DNA from: Trichosphaerium sp. ATCC 40318
Taxonomy: Eukaryota > Protista > Tubulinea
Reading direction: 5' to 3'
NCBI GenBank assembly: GCA_038496445.1
Contig: JALMLS010000064.1
Coordinates: forward strand, 620,001-684,000
DNA length: 64,000 bases
The first letter of the stretch is position 1; every line of letters starts with the position of its first letter. Positions 23,579 through 37,829 of this stretch are shown piece after piece. The notes below the pieces were generated by a model, which worked only from the letters and a program-made list of their open reading frames with translations, did not search any database and was not told the DNA's origin. Made by a program: the position numbers and the translations under genes.

Positions 23579-24967
23579 ATGTGTGAGCCAAAAGCAAAGC
23601 GTCAAAAGCTAGCGCAAAAGGACGAACAGCAAACAAATAATTTTAAATGTGGAGACTTTCGCTTTACACTCACGCAGGATGATCTAGACTCATATCCTTT
23701 GTCACTGTTCGCGTCTAAAAGTCGTTTTGAGAATGCTGCGGAAAACTCTGTAGAAACCTTTGTACTGGAAGATAACAAGTACCAACAACCTTCCTACCGC
23801 CACATACTAACGTTTCATCCCATTTAGCCATTCAAAATTTCTTCCCTCCATTGTAAAATTGATAAAGACAGGGTCTCTAAATGAAGATGTAAAGGATGGT
23901 GCTGGTTTATACCACGCAGTGGACTACTACGGATTGTCATGGGACAATCTTGAATTTCCACTACGCAAGCCCCATTAGGTAGCTGGTTTTTTAACCTTGC
24001 TTACAAGATTGTTTAGCATTGCAAGCACGTATTAAAACAACGATGAGTGTCATAAAAAAGTGCGAAGAAATGTTGGACAAAATGCAACCCACGCTACTAT
24101 TAAACGTAAGTGCACCTTACTACAGCTGTACCTTATTGTGTGAGTTTCAGGCCAAATCAGGTCATTTTAAGTTTACTGTATCTGAACAGTCACTGTCAGT
24201 TGGCATAAAGTTCAACAAACATATCATATCAATTTTAGATAAATTCTTTGTTAGTAAGGGCTTGGTATGTATTGTAGTTCTATTGGGCGATAAAAGTGCC
24301 ACCTAACTCATTCTAGAGAGTTGACAGTATTCATGGTATGTTGTCATTTGATTGGTCTGATCAATATATCGACGCAAACGTTGTATCGGAGAAATTCAAA
24401 TCTGTAATATCAGGAAAGTTCTGGAAATTTTCTAGTTTGAGTACGCCAAAAACAATTTTGTTGAATGTGTCATTCACACTATGCACAGACGAAAAACTAT
24501 GGGCTTTAGCAACTCAGCGTACGTGGAGTGATGTTGTGGCTCACAGGGATAAGTTGAGAGAGAGCTTCATGTCTCATGCAGTATCTGGTGAGAAATCGTT
24601 TACAGTAGCCTATCAAGACATACGCCACGATGTAAGTGGACAGTATTATACACTCGGCCGTAGAAGAAGGACAATACACAGTAACTATTCAATAACTGGG
24701 TATTGTGATTTAAAATGTATTACAATTTACTTTATTCCCAGGAATGTTGGTATGCTAACTGCTAAAATACAAAAGAGAGTCGCCGTTTCCATATCTGATA
24801 TGCTAGATAACCCAGTAAGTTTTTGTTATAAAAGAACATTGAATTGATTGAGTTATTAGAAAATAGTGAACACTCATCAAACTTTCGATACAGCTTATGT
24901 TGAATATGAAATACCTCAATCTACGAGCGATGAAATTCATTCATTCATTAATCATGGCAAAGTCTAA
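23579..24967 (+). CDS. Divergent BTB/POZ (T1-like) domain protein, multi-exon
   Basis: FKCGDFRFTLTQDDLDSYPLSLFA...FLPSIVKLIKTGSL...LYHAVDYYGL. Confidence 0.6.
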
Positions 24968-25202
24968 TGTTATGTAATGCCATATAACACGTTTATTGGC
25001 AGTCGAAGCCATCATTTTCTTTCTTACAATAAAATATTATTTGACCACAATTTCATGTTTGTTTAAAGTGTTGGAACATAATGGCCAATTGAATAGCTAG
25101 AGTTGCATGTCAATGTGCACAGGAAGGCGTAATTAAAGCTATTTTAACGTGACATAACCCGTTTATTAAATACGAAGTCTATTTACAAGAATACAACAGT
25201 CC

Positions 25203-28200
25203 TTAGCTACAATTCAAAACGTCTTGACCCGTGAACCCAACATCTTCTTCCTTGCCTTTGGATTTCTTACTACGCTTACTAGACCTATCATCTCCAGTAT
25301 GTGATAGCTTACGCTTCTTCTTACGAGATACAGACATTGTATCACTTTCTGGTTCAACTTCGTTTTCGTCAATAAGCATTACATCTTCCTCTGCTTCTTC
25401 TTCATCTTCAACCTTATATACAGCAGGTAGACCAACCTAAGGCTTGTCAATACCTTTTTATGCAATTATAAAACTCCATACCTCAAATTCTAGGCGATTA
25501 GTAACAAGCAAAGCTTGCTTTATTTGAAGACCGAGAGCTTTTCCAATAGGTGGAGAAACGGCGTTACCAATTTGCTTATATTGTGCTTGTACTGGTCCCC
25601 AGAATCGGAACGTATCAGGGAATCCTTGACCACGAGCACATTCACGCACAGTAACCAATCGATGCTAACAAAAGGCATAAACAAAATACAAAAAGCTAAG
25701 AAAAAACCAAGAAAAAAACCCTCTTGTTAAAACCTGTTTCTTGAAGAAAAAAAACGTACTTGTCTTGGATGAACGACAACATGTCTGAAAAGACTAGGTT
25801 CGCATAGAATAGTCTTATAGTATCCCTCCCAATCTAATCTACCAAATAAACCAGCCCAGTCGTTATGCCTGTCTGCAGTATTCGGAAGACACCAAGGGAT
25901 AAGCTCATCAGGTAACCAACGCCAATCAGCACCAGGTGTTTCTACTGGTACTTTTGTAATACGTTTTAAATTCTCAGCAGCGATTGGTTTTGACTGATGA
26001 TTATAAAGGATGTCACTGCCTTCACGCATCATCCTGGCAAAATCCGAATGAGGATCTTTTTCGTCATCATATCTACGAAGCTTGTTGTGGTTGTACTTGT
26101 ACCTGAAGTTAAATTAGAATTCAATAATGAGAAAAAATTAAGAAAAAGTGCGTGCCCCAGTTTTGCTTTTACCCATTCAGTTGTGAGTTGTTTTGTGTTT
26201 GGTAGATCAGCTATTGCATTACGCGTAGTTACAGTTGAATAAGGGCCGATATCAATAGGATGAGTTACGTAGATACGTTTCTTAAAAAAAGGAGCATTAA
26301 GAAAAAAACTCACTTAGTATTTTGGTACGCACTTTGACTTTACACTGTCTTGATAGGAATGCATGTGTAGGAAGTGGAAATTTAGGCATTGTCTCTCCTA
26401 CCTTTGCGGCCATGATAAACACTCTAAGGCGCTCTTGAGGCACTCCAAAATTACCAGAATTGAGTACGAATAACTCTGCCTTAATTAAAGTTAAGTACAA
26501 CAAAATGTAAAAGCATTCGTACTTGGTAACCCATTGAGAGGAACGATTGAATAATACACGCAGAGACATTTCCTCCAGCCATAGATATCATACCAGCAAC
26601 ATTTTCTACAATAGCAAATCGTGGTTGCAATGTATCCACAACGCTCATGTATGTCACAACCAAAGCGTTCAAGTTTGTTTCTCCCTTTTTATGATCTTTA
26701 AAGAAAAGTTAGAAGCAAGAGCTCTATGTGTTGGTTACCTCTGAATCTGTTTAACCCAGAGAATCCTTGACATGGTGGTCCTCCACAAATGAGATCTATT
26801 TCGCCTGGCTGAGGTACTCCAGGTGCACCTAATGAAAGAATTATAATTAGGCGATGAAAATCAGAATGGGCTTGCTGAACAGCCTTCAATAAAAGCAACG
26901 TACGTTTAAGAATGAGCGTTAGTAAGTCGTTAATATCATAGTCAAACATTTGTGCGTCTGTTCCTTCGTGATTCTAGGCAATGTTTAATAAAAGATAATA
27001 CTTAAAACAGGGCAAAATGCTTGTTTTAAGTTCTTTATGCCAAACCTTTCTGAATGTTTGTACTGCTTCTTTGTTAATCTCAACAGCATATTTTACTTTA
27101 CCAATACCAGCTTGCTCCAGACCTTCGGATAGATTAATAAAAACATACAATAGAATTGTGCTTTGATTGGTTTTTGAAGGAAAGAAAAGGAAACTATTTT
27201 TTGAAGGAAAAAAAAAGGAAAAAACGTACCACAAGAGAGACCACCACAACCAGCGAATAAATCCATAATAGTTAATTGATCGCACTTAGCATTATGAAAG
27301 TTTCTTTCGTTATCCTCAAACTCTTTTGATTTTGTCTTTACAGCATCAGCAAGTCTGACTTTATGCGTATTTTCTCCATCAAAACTCTTATCGAAATAAA
27401 AGCAATGTGGAACCTTTTTATAGGCTTCAAGATCACCTAAAGATCTTCTATGTCTTACAACACATTTACCCTTTATAGTAGGTGTTTGACCACGTCTACG
27501 AACATTCTTTACTTGCTCATCCCTTGCAAGAAGAGGAAAGTCAATCTCGGTCCTAAAAAAAATCAGACATCAGAAAACTTCGTAAAAAAAAAACAAACTT
27601 AGCAGCTTTTTTAGCGTACTCTGAAGCGTATAACTCTCTATCTGAACCAGCAGCTTCTCTACCACGTACGGTCCTCATACGATAATACATAACTGCCTTA
27701 GCTTTCATGACATTGTTCTTTTCATAAAGCTCTTTGATTCTAACGACTGAATAAGGCTTTGTCTCTGCACGTTTAGCTCTAGCAGCACGATGTTTCTCTA
27801 CCCAAAAAGGAAGCCTCTGACGCCAAGGTTCATCCTCGTCAGGCCTTTGATAATAATTCTTTTCACGGTCAGAGATATACTCGAATTGCTCTTCAAGAGC
27901 TTCTATTTCAGCATCCAAAAGAGCAATTTTTTCGTTATCTATTATCATATCACTATTCTCGCCTTCACCGGTATCTATAATCTTCTTCTCTGGTCTGAAT
28001 CGACAGGCTTGCTATATCATAGTCAGATAAACGTGGCGGATTATGTAAGCGTACCTTTGCAGCACCAATGTTGTCTCCTTGAAATGTTTCCTCCCAATTT
28101 TTACACTCAGGACAATGATTATGCACAGGACACCAAGACCTTCTCTTACGCCCTTTTACTGTAAAATGGGATCCAGTAGTATCAGCAATCTGTTTATATC

Positions 28201-30499
28201 TACGCTTTACTACTTCAACACTAGGCTTCTCTAGATCCGTAGGATTAATGTACACCTGCAAATAAATAAGCAAACAACACCAGCAAAAAAAAAAAATTTG
28301 GTACCGTGTCTCCAACTTTGTATTCCAGGCCATGTAATTTGAAGCTCTTGTAATATATTGAGTTTTCTTTACGTTTTCCAGTGCCAAGCCTTTTAAATAA
28401 ATAAGGACGTTTCCGAATAAACAGTAGTGTAATAAGGATAAGTTTCGTACCATGCTGGTCTTCCAAGTTCTGTGGTCACCTTCTTTACTTCAGCAGCGTA
28501 ACAATTGTACTTTAAGTAATCATCTGGAGGAGGATCCACAAAACGACATGAGTTGTCTTTGTAGCGATAACGATAGAAGAAAGTGTCACAAGCTTTTTGA
28601 CACGTTTCTATTTGTTCTTTTGTAGGCTAAAGAAGAACCAAAGTCAGATAGGCTTTTCAAAAAAAGTTAAAAAAATATCGTTTTTTCTGTTTATCTTTCA
28701 CTGCTGCAAGAGTTCGTACGTGGGGAATAACGTCAACAGTACCGATAATAGCCGATAAGAAATTCTTCTCACTAATATCTGAAACGAACAACTTAAAAAA
28801 CCAAAGTCAATACAAACTTCTTCTTTCATTGAATGAAAAAAAAGAAACAAAATCTGAATATTTTACCTCCTTCTTATCACCTATCTCTCCCAGTATAGTA
28901 TCTGTAGAGTAAATATACCAATGACCTAAGAAACACCCATTTTTCATTCCTCCTTTTTCTTTCCACATCTTTGTAACACGAACAACCATCTCCTTGTTTA
29001 CTTCCATATCTTCCGGTTGAATATAAACGAAATCACCAACATTTATAATCTCATCATCACTCTCAATACGAGAATAATACGCTCTACTCGAAGTATCTGG
29101 ATGGTTAGCATCCTTTTCAAGGTATTTAATGTTATTTGATCTAAAAGAAGGATAAGCAAGCGAGCACCAAGAAAATCAAAAAAAATTCTAAAAAAAATCA
29201 TAACAATGACATACGTCTTTGAGAATTTACTGTCAGCTGATAAATCATTAGGTTTTTGAACCCTGCGTTGTGTAACTTTTGCTTGACCGATACCACCCAA
29301 GTTCTTACTCCATAGTTTGTTGAATACATTTTGTACAAGCGGAGTGACCACTGCTTTTTGCTGGTTGTGTAAACCAGCTGATGGTGGTTTGTGTTGTGCG
29401 ACATAGACTTCTATTTTTTGCTTCAACTCCAAGACACAAGGCAGTACAATAAGCGCTGCATTGACCTAAAATAACTTGTAAGATACCATCCATTAACATA
29501 CTAAAGTTATAGGGCAGTACGGCGTAGAAGAAAGTGTAGAGATGCTTCCAAACAAATTCACCATTTTCAAGAATATCATCCTCAGTGAACGCCAACGCAC
29601 TACCAGCATCAAAATCATCAAAGTCATCATCATAATCATTCTCCTCTTCTGAAGGCGATCCAAGCTTCTCAACTAACTCATCGTATGTCAAATCAGTGTT
29701 TGATTTTATGAGGGATATGATATTAGACGTCAATCGTGCTCTATTCATTAAAGTCTCTTGGTACTACAAAAAACAGTGAGTTTCAGTACACAATCACCCA
29801 CAGAGAGGGAGAGATGGAAGGGGAGGCTGTCTTACATCGAGATATAAATTTGCTGGACGTCCTAGCTTGTATATGGCAATTTCAGTTTCTACCATGATGA
29901 ATGTTTTCCTTGGGTTTACAGGATCAAATACAATCTATAAAACAAGCTTTAGGATCGAGTAGGAGGCCTCCAGGAAGTATAACCGTACCTGCCATTTAAT
30001 AACTGGACCCACTTCGACACGTAGAGCCTCTAGAAGCGATGTCATTTAGAGTTGTACGCGATTTTTATGAAAAGATAACAAAATCTCACCTTTAGTATTT
30101 CCCAGCATGTTGTCAAAGTCGTCTTCTGCATCTGATCCCTCCTATTATTTTACTGAGCTGTGCTGTAAATGTTTTAAAAAGTGTTGTGTACATCTTGCTC
30201 GTCAAGTGACAGTAGTTCACCAGAAACTAATAACTGGTCGTACAACCCGTCTGTACCTAATTCTTCGAGTTGCCTCACCTATTTGTCGGTTATTTATTTA
30301 AAAATGTAATGTAGCGTACAGAACGATCTCCTTGGCGTATAACTAGATAATTGTTCAAGTAACAGATGCTTTTACTGTCTTTTTGAGCTCCTTTCTCCAA
30401 AATCACGTCAATTAATACAGTTTCGCTCTTGTCAAAGTGCATATGATAATCATTGAGCCGCTCATCGCGTTCGCGATTATCTAAAGTGTCTAAGCGCAA
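25203..30499 (-). CDS. DNMT1: DNA (cytosine-5) methyltransferase, DNMT1/MET1 type (RFTS-BAH-BAH-MTase); start not resolved
   Basis: Catalytic motifs [60 protein letters not shown]1-specific [28 protein letters not shown] motifs ([20 protein letters not shown]) and RFTS-like GPVIKW...YKLGRP...[10 protein letters not shown]. Confidence 0.92.
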
Positions 30500-30949
30500 A
30501 TTCGGCTGATTTTTATCAAAATAGTACGTATATAACCCCCTTCCATTGTGTAACAGTACGCAATGGCTACTTACTTCGAGCGGGAAATATTATGAATTGT
30601 TTTGGCTTTTCTTTTCTCTTAATCAATTGTTGCGTGTCAACTAAATGTCATCTGTCACACTGATCAACGGATACCGAAGGCAATACGATAGCCACTTCTT
30701 AAACGTTATTTGATAACAAAGACAAGAACAAGAGAAACCTAAAAGAGCAGTTTAGTTTGGTCAACGTCTAGTCTTTCCGGTTGCTTGGTTTAGGCCATTT
30801 TAATAATCTGTTGGTGCGATCGAGCTCAAACAGATACAAATAAGCCTAACACAAGCTGTGAACAATCAGGCACAGCACTGCCAATAACGAAAATTCTACT
30901 TTAAAGTCGCAACCAAAGCCATAAACTTGGACAGCGTAGTATTATCCAT

Positions 30950-33900
30950 ATGCAAAACCCAGAGGTAGTTGTAGCAGGTTTTAATCGACTAACATGCAAA
31001 AGGAGTACGAAAGCGATGGAGAGGAAGAGGACGAGCCTAGATTAAAATACCAACGCAAGAACTAAACCATTTGTTAATTAATTTGCTTAAAGAGTGTAGG
31101 GGTCAGTGGTAATGTCCCAAACCTCCTTCAAGTCGACCACGCAAGTGCCATGGCTGTTACAGACAAAATGCTCGTAAGTGTCACATGTACAGGTTACTTT
31201 TATGTATAACGCTTCCTTAGGTTGTAGGTACACAACTGGGTGTCATTTACGTTCTAGATGTACACGGCCATGAATACACGCGATTTCAGCAACACTCTGC
31301 TGCCATCAATGAACTAAGCATTGATAGCAAAGGAGAGCACGTCGCCAGTTGCTCAAACGAAGGCACGTTTATTTAACCGCAAAAAAGCTACTACACGCGT
31401 TACTGTAACGACATCCAGCATAACTCAGTAGTGCTTGTCAAACCAGCTCTTAAAAGCAATATTTTAAAACCAAAACAAAAAAAAAAATTTCGGCGTTAAC
31501 ACGACACTAGGTCGCGTAGTTATAACAGGCATTGTCAGTAATGAGAGATTCGAATTTGAATATGGTCATCCAATGCTTGTACGAAGCTTCAATCAACAAA
31601 CATCCACTCTTTTTTACATTTGTCTAAACCAATGCAAAACCAATCAAAAAATGTAACAGCTGTTACTTCTGGTACTAAAAAAAATCTAGGCTGTTGCAAT
31701 CAAACCATCCTTTGATCCAAAGAAACCAGCTTTTGTGTGCGGTGGTAAAGGAGGTCAATTAATATATAATCGTAAAGGTTGGTTTAAAAACCAAAAAACG
31801 ATCCTACACTCAGGAGAGGTAACGATAAAAACCGCTCTTTTATACTCTAACAACTATATTAATACTGATATAATATATAGGGCGCTATTTATGCCATTGC
31901 ATGGCGTGGAACACTTATAGCTTGGGCAAATGATATTGGAATTAAAATATTCGATACTCAATATCAAGAGCGTATTACATACATTGAACGCCCAAGGTAT
32001 GCTTTAGGATTTACAGGATGTATTTAAATTGATATTATGCGTATAGAGGAAGCCCTAGACCAGATCAATATCGCTGTACATTGTGTTGGGAGAGCGATAC
32101 GCAAATTATAATTGGATGGGCTGACAGTGTTAAAATTGGTCGTGTTCGTGATAGAAAGGGTGGTAAGTCGCTTAACGTGATGTAGAAATGCATCAGTCTA
32201 ATGGTATATGTAGGTGATCAATCGCAACCAGGCATGCCGCATAAATATGTCGAGATTGTAGCAATGTGAGTTTTTTATGTAATTTTTTCTTTTTGGTTTA
32301 ACTTCATAACTAGGTTCCAAACGGATTTTTTTATATCTGGTATCGCTCCTTTTGGAGAAGATCTTGTAATACTCGCTCCAGGAGATGAAGAGGATGAAGA
32401 GGTACATTACTACCCTTTTGTAACATTCTAATTCCCTTTTCAGGATCACCCACCAGATTTGAGTATATTCTCTCGTAACGGTGATGAAATTATCACTGAT
32501 ACTTTACCTATTCGCGGTTTCGAACAGTGTACATCATATCACTACAGGCACGGCGTTTTTATTTTCTTCTGTGTCAAATTCGTTAAATGACTTTTACTTT
32601 CAGGTTAATTCATAGTACTGAAGAAAATCTATTCTACATTGTAAGTCCAAAAGATGTAGTTCTTGCTCGACCAAGGGACAGAGACGATCACATTCAATGG
32701 TTGCTTGAACACCAAAGATTTGATGATGCTCTTGAAGCAGCAGAAGTGAGCCAATTCAAAACCAAAGGACGGGGTTTTTTAATTTTTGTGTAGGGTCATG
32801 ATAGAGATTTAAGAACCTTTACTTTTGTTGATATTGGAAAAAGATATATTGATCATCTACTACATAACAGAATGATTGACAAAGCAGCTTCTATTTGTCC
32901 AAGAATTTTCAAGACTGACGCAACATTGTGGGAACCTGGTATACATGGATTCGCAAGGATGGGTCACATTAGGGTATAAACAATGTTTTGTGTTTATTTG
33001 ATGGAATTGTAAGGCTTTCTTTTTGACTTTTTTATTTTAGGCCATTGCACCTTATATTCCAATTAAAGATCCACAACTTGATTTCAGCGTATATACTGTT
33101 GTGTTAGAGCACTTTTTAGCAATTACTGATTATGCTCAATTCCTTAATACTATACAAAAGTGGCCTCATGACATATACGATATAAACGTGCGTTTGTCCT
33201 CTAGCGCCTACTGTTTATTCTTATTTTTCATCGCTAGGCTACTATAGCATCAGTAGAGCAACGATTCAAAGAAGGTAAAGGCGACAGTACACTACAAGAG
33301 GCGCTAGCACAATTGTAAGAGTAATTTCGCTTTAAAAAAAAGACAAGAAAAAACTTCTTCAATATCTGTCAAGCTTATGTATTCTCTAGGTTTTCCTACT
33401 CGAAACAATATAACCGCACATTATTGTTACTACTTCAGATCCGTTCAAAGAGAGTATTTGAGCTTATTGAGACTCATAACTTGTTCGATTCTATCACAGA
33501 TAAGGTAGCAGATATTATGGCTGTTGATACGAAAAAATCAGTTGAGCTCCTCACAAATAACCTCGCACAAATACCAGTATGTTTTCATTAGATACGTTTA
33601 TATACAATGTTCTTATTCACTCCTAGCCTGCCCGAGTTGTAGAACAGCTTGTCGATCATCCAAAATACCAGTTGGCGTATCTTCACCATGTTCGCACAAC
33701 AAAGAAAGAGTTATCAACACATCTACTCAAGCCTTTCCACAACTTAATGTTGGACCTTTATGCCAAACATGACTCACAACATTTATCTGCGTTTTTAGAG
33801 CAAGTACGTTACCAGTTGTATAAACACTTTTAAAATAGAAAGAAAACCTGTGCATGAAGTTCATTGTTTTGCTTAGAGCAGTTTTGTGGATTTGGACAAA

Positions 33901-34867
33901 GCATTAAAAATGTGCAGAGATAAGAACTTATGGCAAGAGATGGTGTCAATCCTTGGTCGAATGGGAAATGCTCCAGAAGCCCTTACACTATTGATTGAAA
34001 AGATAGGAGACGTTAAGAAGGTACGTAATAATAGATAGATCGTCCCGTACATCAAGTTCAAATTTTGACATTTTGTTGACACGTGTCACTTTTTTTTTGA
34101 TTTATATTACTTCAATTTTTGTTGTTGTCGTTTTACTAATGATTTGGTTACTGTAGGCTGTAGAGTTTGTAGAAAGACAAAATGAACCAGAACTTTGGGA
34201 TGATTTGATTGCCAAGTCAATAAAGAACCCACAATTCGTTTCCAACCTTCTTGAACATGTTGGTGCACATATTAATCCGCTTCAACTCATTATGCGTATT
34301 CCTAAAGGTACATATTTTTATTTGTTGTCCCCTCTCATACTCATTCTTTAGGAATGGAGATCATTGGTTTACGAGATCGCTTGGTCAAAATTATCTACGA
34401 TTATAATTTACAAACTTCTTTATTGAGGGGATGTAAAGAAGTACTTAAATCTGATTGTGTTGAACTAGCTGCTCGCTTGAATGAAGGTATAATTTTCTCC
34501 AGAAAAGCACATAAACAACAAAAAGTCCATTTGGGTTTTTTTTCTTTTGTGTACAAACGAACTCACGTGATATTATTTAGAAAGTAGATGTGGTATTCGT
34601 GTTGAACCTGGAGTACGCTGTGCAACTAGTAATGAGCCAATATTCGCAATGCGCGACAAACCCGCCTTGGTACGCTTTCTTTCTTTTTTTTCTTGTTTGC
34701 TGTTGCTTTGGAAACTAAAACTTTTGCAGGCGGATAAAAGATTGGTTGTATTCTTTGATAAAACAGTACACTACGAAGATGCGTTGCGACAACATAACCA
34801 GGGTCGCAGTAAAGCTAAAGTACCGGATAACAAAACATTCGGCAGGGGAGGAAATGCCCGCAAATAA
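30950..34867 (+). CDS. VPS41: HOPS subunit Vps41, multi-exon
   Basis: EEEDEPRLKYQR, LIAWAND.GIKIFD, LIIGWADSVKI, FYIVSPKDVVLARPRDRDDHIQWLL, IPKGMEIIGLRDRLVKII.DY. Confidence 0.93.
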
Positions 34868-35697
34868 ACTTTTTTTGTTTACAACTAGCCACATAGATTG
34901 GTGCCAAAAATAGATGATAAAAAAAAAGGTGGCACGTGTTAGATTGAACGTCGTTTGTTGGTCATTTTTTCCCGTTGACCACTCGAACAAGACGCTGCAC
35001 ATAAGCGAACTACCTCTTTTGGAGTACATCAGAAAATAATTTGTTTTTGCTGGCTAGCGTTTTGTGTGTTTATTTCGAACTCAAAAAATACCTTTGCCAA
35101 CACAGGCAAAATGATTTTTAGTGTTTGCAATGGCACCTTGCATACGACAGCTCAAAACAAACTGATTAGGCGTAAATAATTTGTACGATGTGCAATTGAC
35201 ATAATTTTACAACCTAATTCAGGCTAATGGTTGTCAAAAGCATGTATTGTATTGCAATTTTGGGTTTTAAAACGAGGTGTAGCTGACACAGCTAAACCTG
35301 CTTCAACAACATTGTGGACCCTCAGATACAACGAGAGTTTGTGCTCAGTCATTCTAAGACGTTTAGTGCCTTTTTTCAACAAAGATACATGTCATATTAG
35401 CAATATTACGCGTATGTCTTTTTTAGCGCTTACTAGCGGTATTGTGGTGCAACAAAAACATTTTTCCGCTTGTATATTTTCTAGCAATACTGCGCAACAA
35501 ATAGAGTATCCGTATGGCTACGCGGTTGCCATATTCTTCATTTAATACATAAAAAGCCGATGGAACTTCACTTACCACTTTAATTGGAAACTACAAAACT
35601 ATTGACCAGATTCAGAAATAACTATCTTTTTCAGAACAACGTTTACAAACTAAACCGCATCTGCCTTTTTTTCATACGTCACGCACACAGAGCAAAT

Positions 35698-37470
35698 ATG
35701 CAAGACAACAAACAAGGTTTATGTGTAAACCCTGTTGACAATTACGTATCACGGTTTAGAGTTAACCCTCCAGAACCTAAGGGTTCTAGCCCTAACTACG
35801 TGTCTTTAAACAATTTTGGAAGCCAACAACCTCAACAAGGCAATGTACCACCGCAATTTTTCCATTGGAAGTACAACGAGGCTTTACACAATAAGATCTT
35901 TTTTGCCGACCCAAACAACACTCAAGGAGCAGATCGACCCGGCTACACATTTGTATCTGATAATTATATGCGTGGACAACATCCCAATGCTGTAGAGGCA
36001 AGCGACAACCAACACGCACAATCGCTTCAATATTCTCCTTTGGACCCAAGATCTTTGGAAAACGAGTTTGTTCTGAACAACAACAACCTAGACCCTGTTG
36101 TAGAATCAATGGCAAATGGAAAAGTGCGTTTTTTATCAAATCATTTTAAATTTATACAGACTTTATGTCTTTATCGTTCTACGCCATTGCTTTGATAATT
36201 AGGCTATACACTCCCAAAAAACATACAAACTTTTCTAATTTAGAGTCACATCCTATTTGGGCAGGTCTTGTAATTCCTTTTCGTGTTGTTCAAATCCTTT
36301 TTTAAAACCTACACGCACATAAAACCTAACAGATCAGAGCTATTATAACAGAAATTCTCATATTTTTTTTCAAACTGCCCCGAAACAGCATTTTTCACGC
36401 CTTTTCACCAACACGCAGTTCACTTTTTTTTTCTACATCAAAATATTTCCATGCGGATCGGTTTAACTAATGTGACCTATTTGCTGTAAAGAACTTCTTT
36501 ATTTGGTCTAAAAAGTTGCAATCTTATTTTACGTTTAATGATTAGACTGGAACTAACGCACTTTCATAGCCCATAAAATTCTACCCACACCAGAACCCTT
36601 CTAATGGTGCACACCCTAAAAACCACCAACATCGCTCCCAGCATCCTCTATCTCCTCAACGAGGCTATCAAGCCACAGGAAATGGAACATTTAATGGTAA
36701 CAACTACGCACCAATGCAAACCGAAGAGAAACTTCCTCCTCAACGAGGAAAATCACGATCACTTGGCTCATTCGATATGAAAAAGTACTTGAATTTTCCG
36801 GATTTTTTCGATTTTTTGTTTGAAGCTAAAGTGTACTCTTGATTCTAATTCTGTAAAGTAGGGAAATGGCACCAATGCGCCAAAAGTCGGCGTCTGTTGG
36901 TGTGAAACAGTATGTCTCTACATTGTCGTATAATTTTACTAATAAACGTTTTTTAGAACTGAATACCAACTCGCTACACTTCCTCCTTTGCAACCCACAC
37001 ATAACATACACCAAACTCAAAACTTACAAACTCAACAGCAACAACATCAACAACATCAACAACAACATGCAGAGCAACCTCTTGACTTGATGGATGTTGA
37101 AAGTCTACCGCCACGTATGCTGTTCAAAACTGCATTTTTTGCTCATTTATGCTTATTTTTTTTATTTTAGCGCGACCTCGTGGAGGCTCGTTACCTTCAG
37201 TTAATAAACTACTATCTTCTGTCGGTCTAGAGAACAATATTAGACAGCGTAGGCTTTCTGCACCAGCTGATAATGTACGAATATTACGAAAACCCAACCT
37301 CGTTTTAGATGTTTTGCTATCGCATACTCCTTTTTAAGAAATTTTTTCTTATTTTGGTTTTTTAGAGTGGACCACCTCGTCCTACCTTCACTGGTCGATC
37401 TAGAGCAAGCGCTTCTGGTCCTGAAAGGTTAATGGCACCTAATGGTGTATCTTCACGCTTTATAGTGAGC
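35698..37470 (+). CDS. Q/N/P-rich low-complexity hypothetical protein, multi-exon; ends approximate
   Basis: Several in-frame exons bounded by GT-AG. Poly-Q/H tract 37033-37070 and an LPSVNKLL motif; no recognisable domain. Confidence 0.45.
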
Positions 37471-37829
37471 AAGGGATCCGCATTTACAAGGAAGCAGTAG
37501 TAGATTGCTCTTCAGTTTTTTTTTTACCAGAGCTCAGAGACCAACTTATTTCGTTCTCCCGGTTTTGCGGATAAGTTGTTTTCAGTGTTATGAAGATATA
37601 CAGATGTGTCTTATAAAGACACCATCGGGGCACGACAACGCTGTCAGTTGTATTGTAGCTTTAATAATCGTGTACATTAAGTGTAATAAATAAGTAGATA
37701 ATAATATGAAAAAAAATCGATTTTCTTTTTTTCTTTCAGTCAAATTTCTGTTTGTTTTTGTTTCGAGTGCTAACACGTCATCGTTTTTCGAAAACTTTTG
37801 ACTACGTTTATTATATCACAGTAGATACA

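Noticed and set aside
35231-35545. 104-aa ORF in the long intergenic gap
   Set aside because: Non-ATG start, no motif, no supporting exon structure; probably promoter DNA.
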